Positions 61,963 to 64,000 of a stretch of DNA of 64,000 nucleotides are shown here, in pieces. Numbering within the stretch: the first letter of the stretch is position 1; every line of letters begins with the position of its first letter. The notes beneath the pieces are model-generated. The model was given only the letters and a program-made list of their open reading frames with translations. It had not been told where the DNA came from and made no database searches. Position numbers and translations under genes: made by a program. This stretch comes from Bdellovibrionales bacterium (GTDB lineage Bacteria; Bdellovibrionota; Bdellovibrionia; Bdellovibrionales; JAUICD01), in the NCBI GenBank assembly GCA_965262715.1, contig OZ253553.1:1952001-2016000 (forward strand), in the 5' to 3' direction.

Positions 61963-62352
61963 CTGTTCCACTAAAAATAAACCAACCTCTGGTTGTTTTT
62001 GGGCAATGAGCATGACGGCTAACGCCCTCCTAAAATGCTCATTGCCTCAAAAATCCGTTTATTTTTAGTAATGAGAATTTTTTCTTTTTTTATACGATGT
62101 TAAGGAAAATGTTGCTGTTTACAAAGCAGCCTGACGATTCACATCGTCAGCAAATAGCTAACTGCCTAAAAAGCTTGAGGTGTTTTAGTAGGAAGAATCT
62201 CTTTATTCTCTTATATCATGTTAAGGAAAATATTGTTGTTTACAAATCAGCCTGAAGGTTTACATCTTCAAGAAAATGCTGACTGTCTCAAATATCCATT
62301 TATTTTTAGTAATGAGGGTCTCTTCTTTTTTTACAAAATGTTAAGGAAATCT
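61963..62352 (-). repeat. Three tandem structured repeat units (minus strand)
   Basis: TTAAGGAAA at 62100, 62221, 62341 (period ~120); hairpins CTGACGAT-GTGA-ATCGTCAG etc. on the minus strand. Confidence 0.88.
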
Positions 62353-62370
62353 TTCCTAATAGTTTTTTAT

Positions 62371-62502
62371 TTTCTAAAAAATGTGTATTCCTTTCATTTT
62401 GTTAAAATGCATCTAAGCAAAGCAGTCATATTTTTACCTTAAAAACAGTTTAAAATAGGTTTTAAAGCAATCTTAAAAAATAATTCAGCCTAATCTTATT
62501 AA
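62371..62502. repeat. 132-bp direct repeat (upstream region of ankyrin gene), second copy 63869-64000
   Basis: Identical sequence at offset 1498, running off the window end. Confidence 0.85.
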
Positions 62503-62614
62503 AAACTGCTTGTCATAAACTTAAGTTTAATGATAGAAAGTATCAATTGTTTTTGTGTATATCAAATTATAAAATATAAAATTTGGAATAGTTGTTGTAA
62601 GAGCGTACTAAATC

Positions 62615-63633
62615 ATGAGTCGAAATCAGGTATTAATTTATATTTTGTCTTTTTTGACAATTTTTATCATTACAACATTTAGTAGCTTAGGCTTATCTCG
62701 CCGCGCTAAACTTCCTAAATCATTAGAAGAAGAAAGGGTTGCCAGATTACTTTATGAACACATACTTCAAGATAACTTAGATGGATTTACGGAGATTTTA
62801 AATAATTACCCACAATATATCAATATTGCATATTATCACCCAAATTATGATGACTATCTTACACCTTTACAATCTGCTGCTCTATTAGGGAGAGATGATT
62901 TTATAGATGAGTTATTATTAAAAAGAAAAATCGATCTATTTTCCAGAACAACAAATAAAGGTAATTCTATTCTTCACCTCTCCAGCATACCTCATATTAC
63001 AAAAAGACTTATAGACCTTACTTTCAAGCTTGAAGCCCGCAATGCTCAACTTATGACTCCTCTACTTGCACAAGCCTACAAAACAATCCTTAACAGAGGA
63101 GTTATACATACCTTACTAGAAGCTGGTGCTAACCCGGATGCAAGGACTAATATTTCAGATTAACAGCCTTACATATTTTATTTAAGCCACATCATGCACA
63201 TAGCCATCGAGAAGACCTATTAGCTATTTTAGGAGATCTTTTAGAATATGGTGCAAGCGTAGATGCTACAACCAAACAAGGTGCAACTGCTTTACACTTT
63301 GCTGCAGGAAACAATGATGCTGAAGCTATAAGGATTCTTGTCAATAAAGCAAATCAAATAGGAATTAAAGATTCTTTTATTAATACACAAAACTCATCCG
63401 GCAATACTCCACTTTCTATAGCTTATAAACATCAATCTAAAGAAGCCATCACCCAACTGCTAAAACTAGGAGCAAATCCTTTCTTAAAAAATAATGATGG
63501 TGTATCAGTTAATGGAGATGCCCGCCTTCGAAGCAGTGAAGGAGAAGTTTTTGATTTTAGTAAATTTGTCTTAGATGAAATAAGACGATATATTAAACCA
63601 TCAGTCATTTGTGCCCAACCACTGACGACCTAA
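62615..63633 (+). pseudogene. Exported ankyrin-repeat protein with single frameshift near 63159
   Basis: TPLQSAA, GNSILH, TPLL..GANPDA; shifted frame continues LTALHIL..GATALHFAA..GNTPL..GANP to stop 63633. Confidence 0.8.
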
Positions 63634-64000
63634 CGCGAATACTTAAACAAAAGTAAAGTTTTGTATTTTGCAAAATAAAAGTCCTCATCATTGTTTTTTT
63701 ATTCTGAAAAATCCTTTCAGAAAAAAGTGTAATCTATGTATACAGAATGGACCCTTTTACTTTCAGGCAAGCGGCTAAACAGTGTCCGGAAACTGATCCA
63801 AAGAACCGATTCCGGACTACCTCAATTACCGGAATGCTAGATAAAATAAATCCTCATTTTAGATTTCATTTCTAAAAAATGTGTATTCCTTTCATTTTGT
63901 TAAAATGCATCTAAGCAAAGCAGTCATATTTTTACCTTAAAAACAGTTTAAAATAGGTTTTAAAGCAATCTTAAAAAATAATTCAGCCTAATCTTATTAA

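Overview
AT-rich bacterial chromosomal window. The gene content and many exported proteins with an F[Q/M]NC motif suggest Bdellovibrionota (inference). Housekeeping genes (mutL 3' part, murJ, rpsT, DEAD-box helicase, anmK, YfgM/BamB-like pair, NifU-family, FKBP, HU/IHF, rpsP-khpA, purA, monomeric icd, dps, tRNA-Gly, serS, hisS-aspS) are interspersed with paralogous secreted/Cys-rich proteins, two IS elements (IS1634 with a 92-bp target duplication; IS30), putative defence genes (SF1 helicase-nuclease; PHP-ATPase + AlbA_2) and several frameshifted genes. The main unexplained signal is a dispersed, modular non-coding repeat family. About 16 copies of a TTCCTTAACAT-led ~120-150 bp unit fold into nested stems with extensive compensatory changes and mostly GNRA loops. 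They are often preceded by degenerate 8-mer arrays and are twice followed directly by a four-helix-bundle (TIGR02436/bAvd-like) gene or its remnant. The other copies end flush against gene 3' ends, and one replaces the end of anmK. This looks like an undescribed structured-RNA or mobile element system. A second, unrelated covarying ~150-nt structure occurs twice (4546-4693, 55669-55825).
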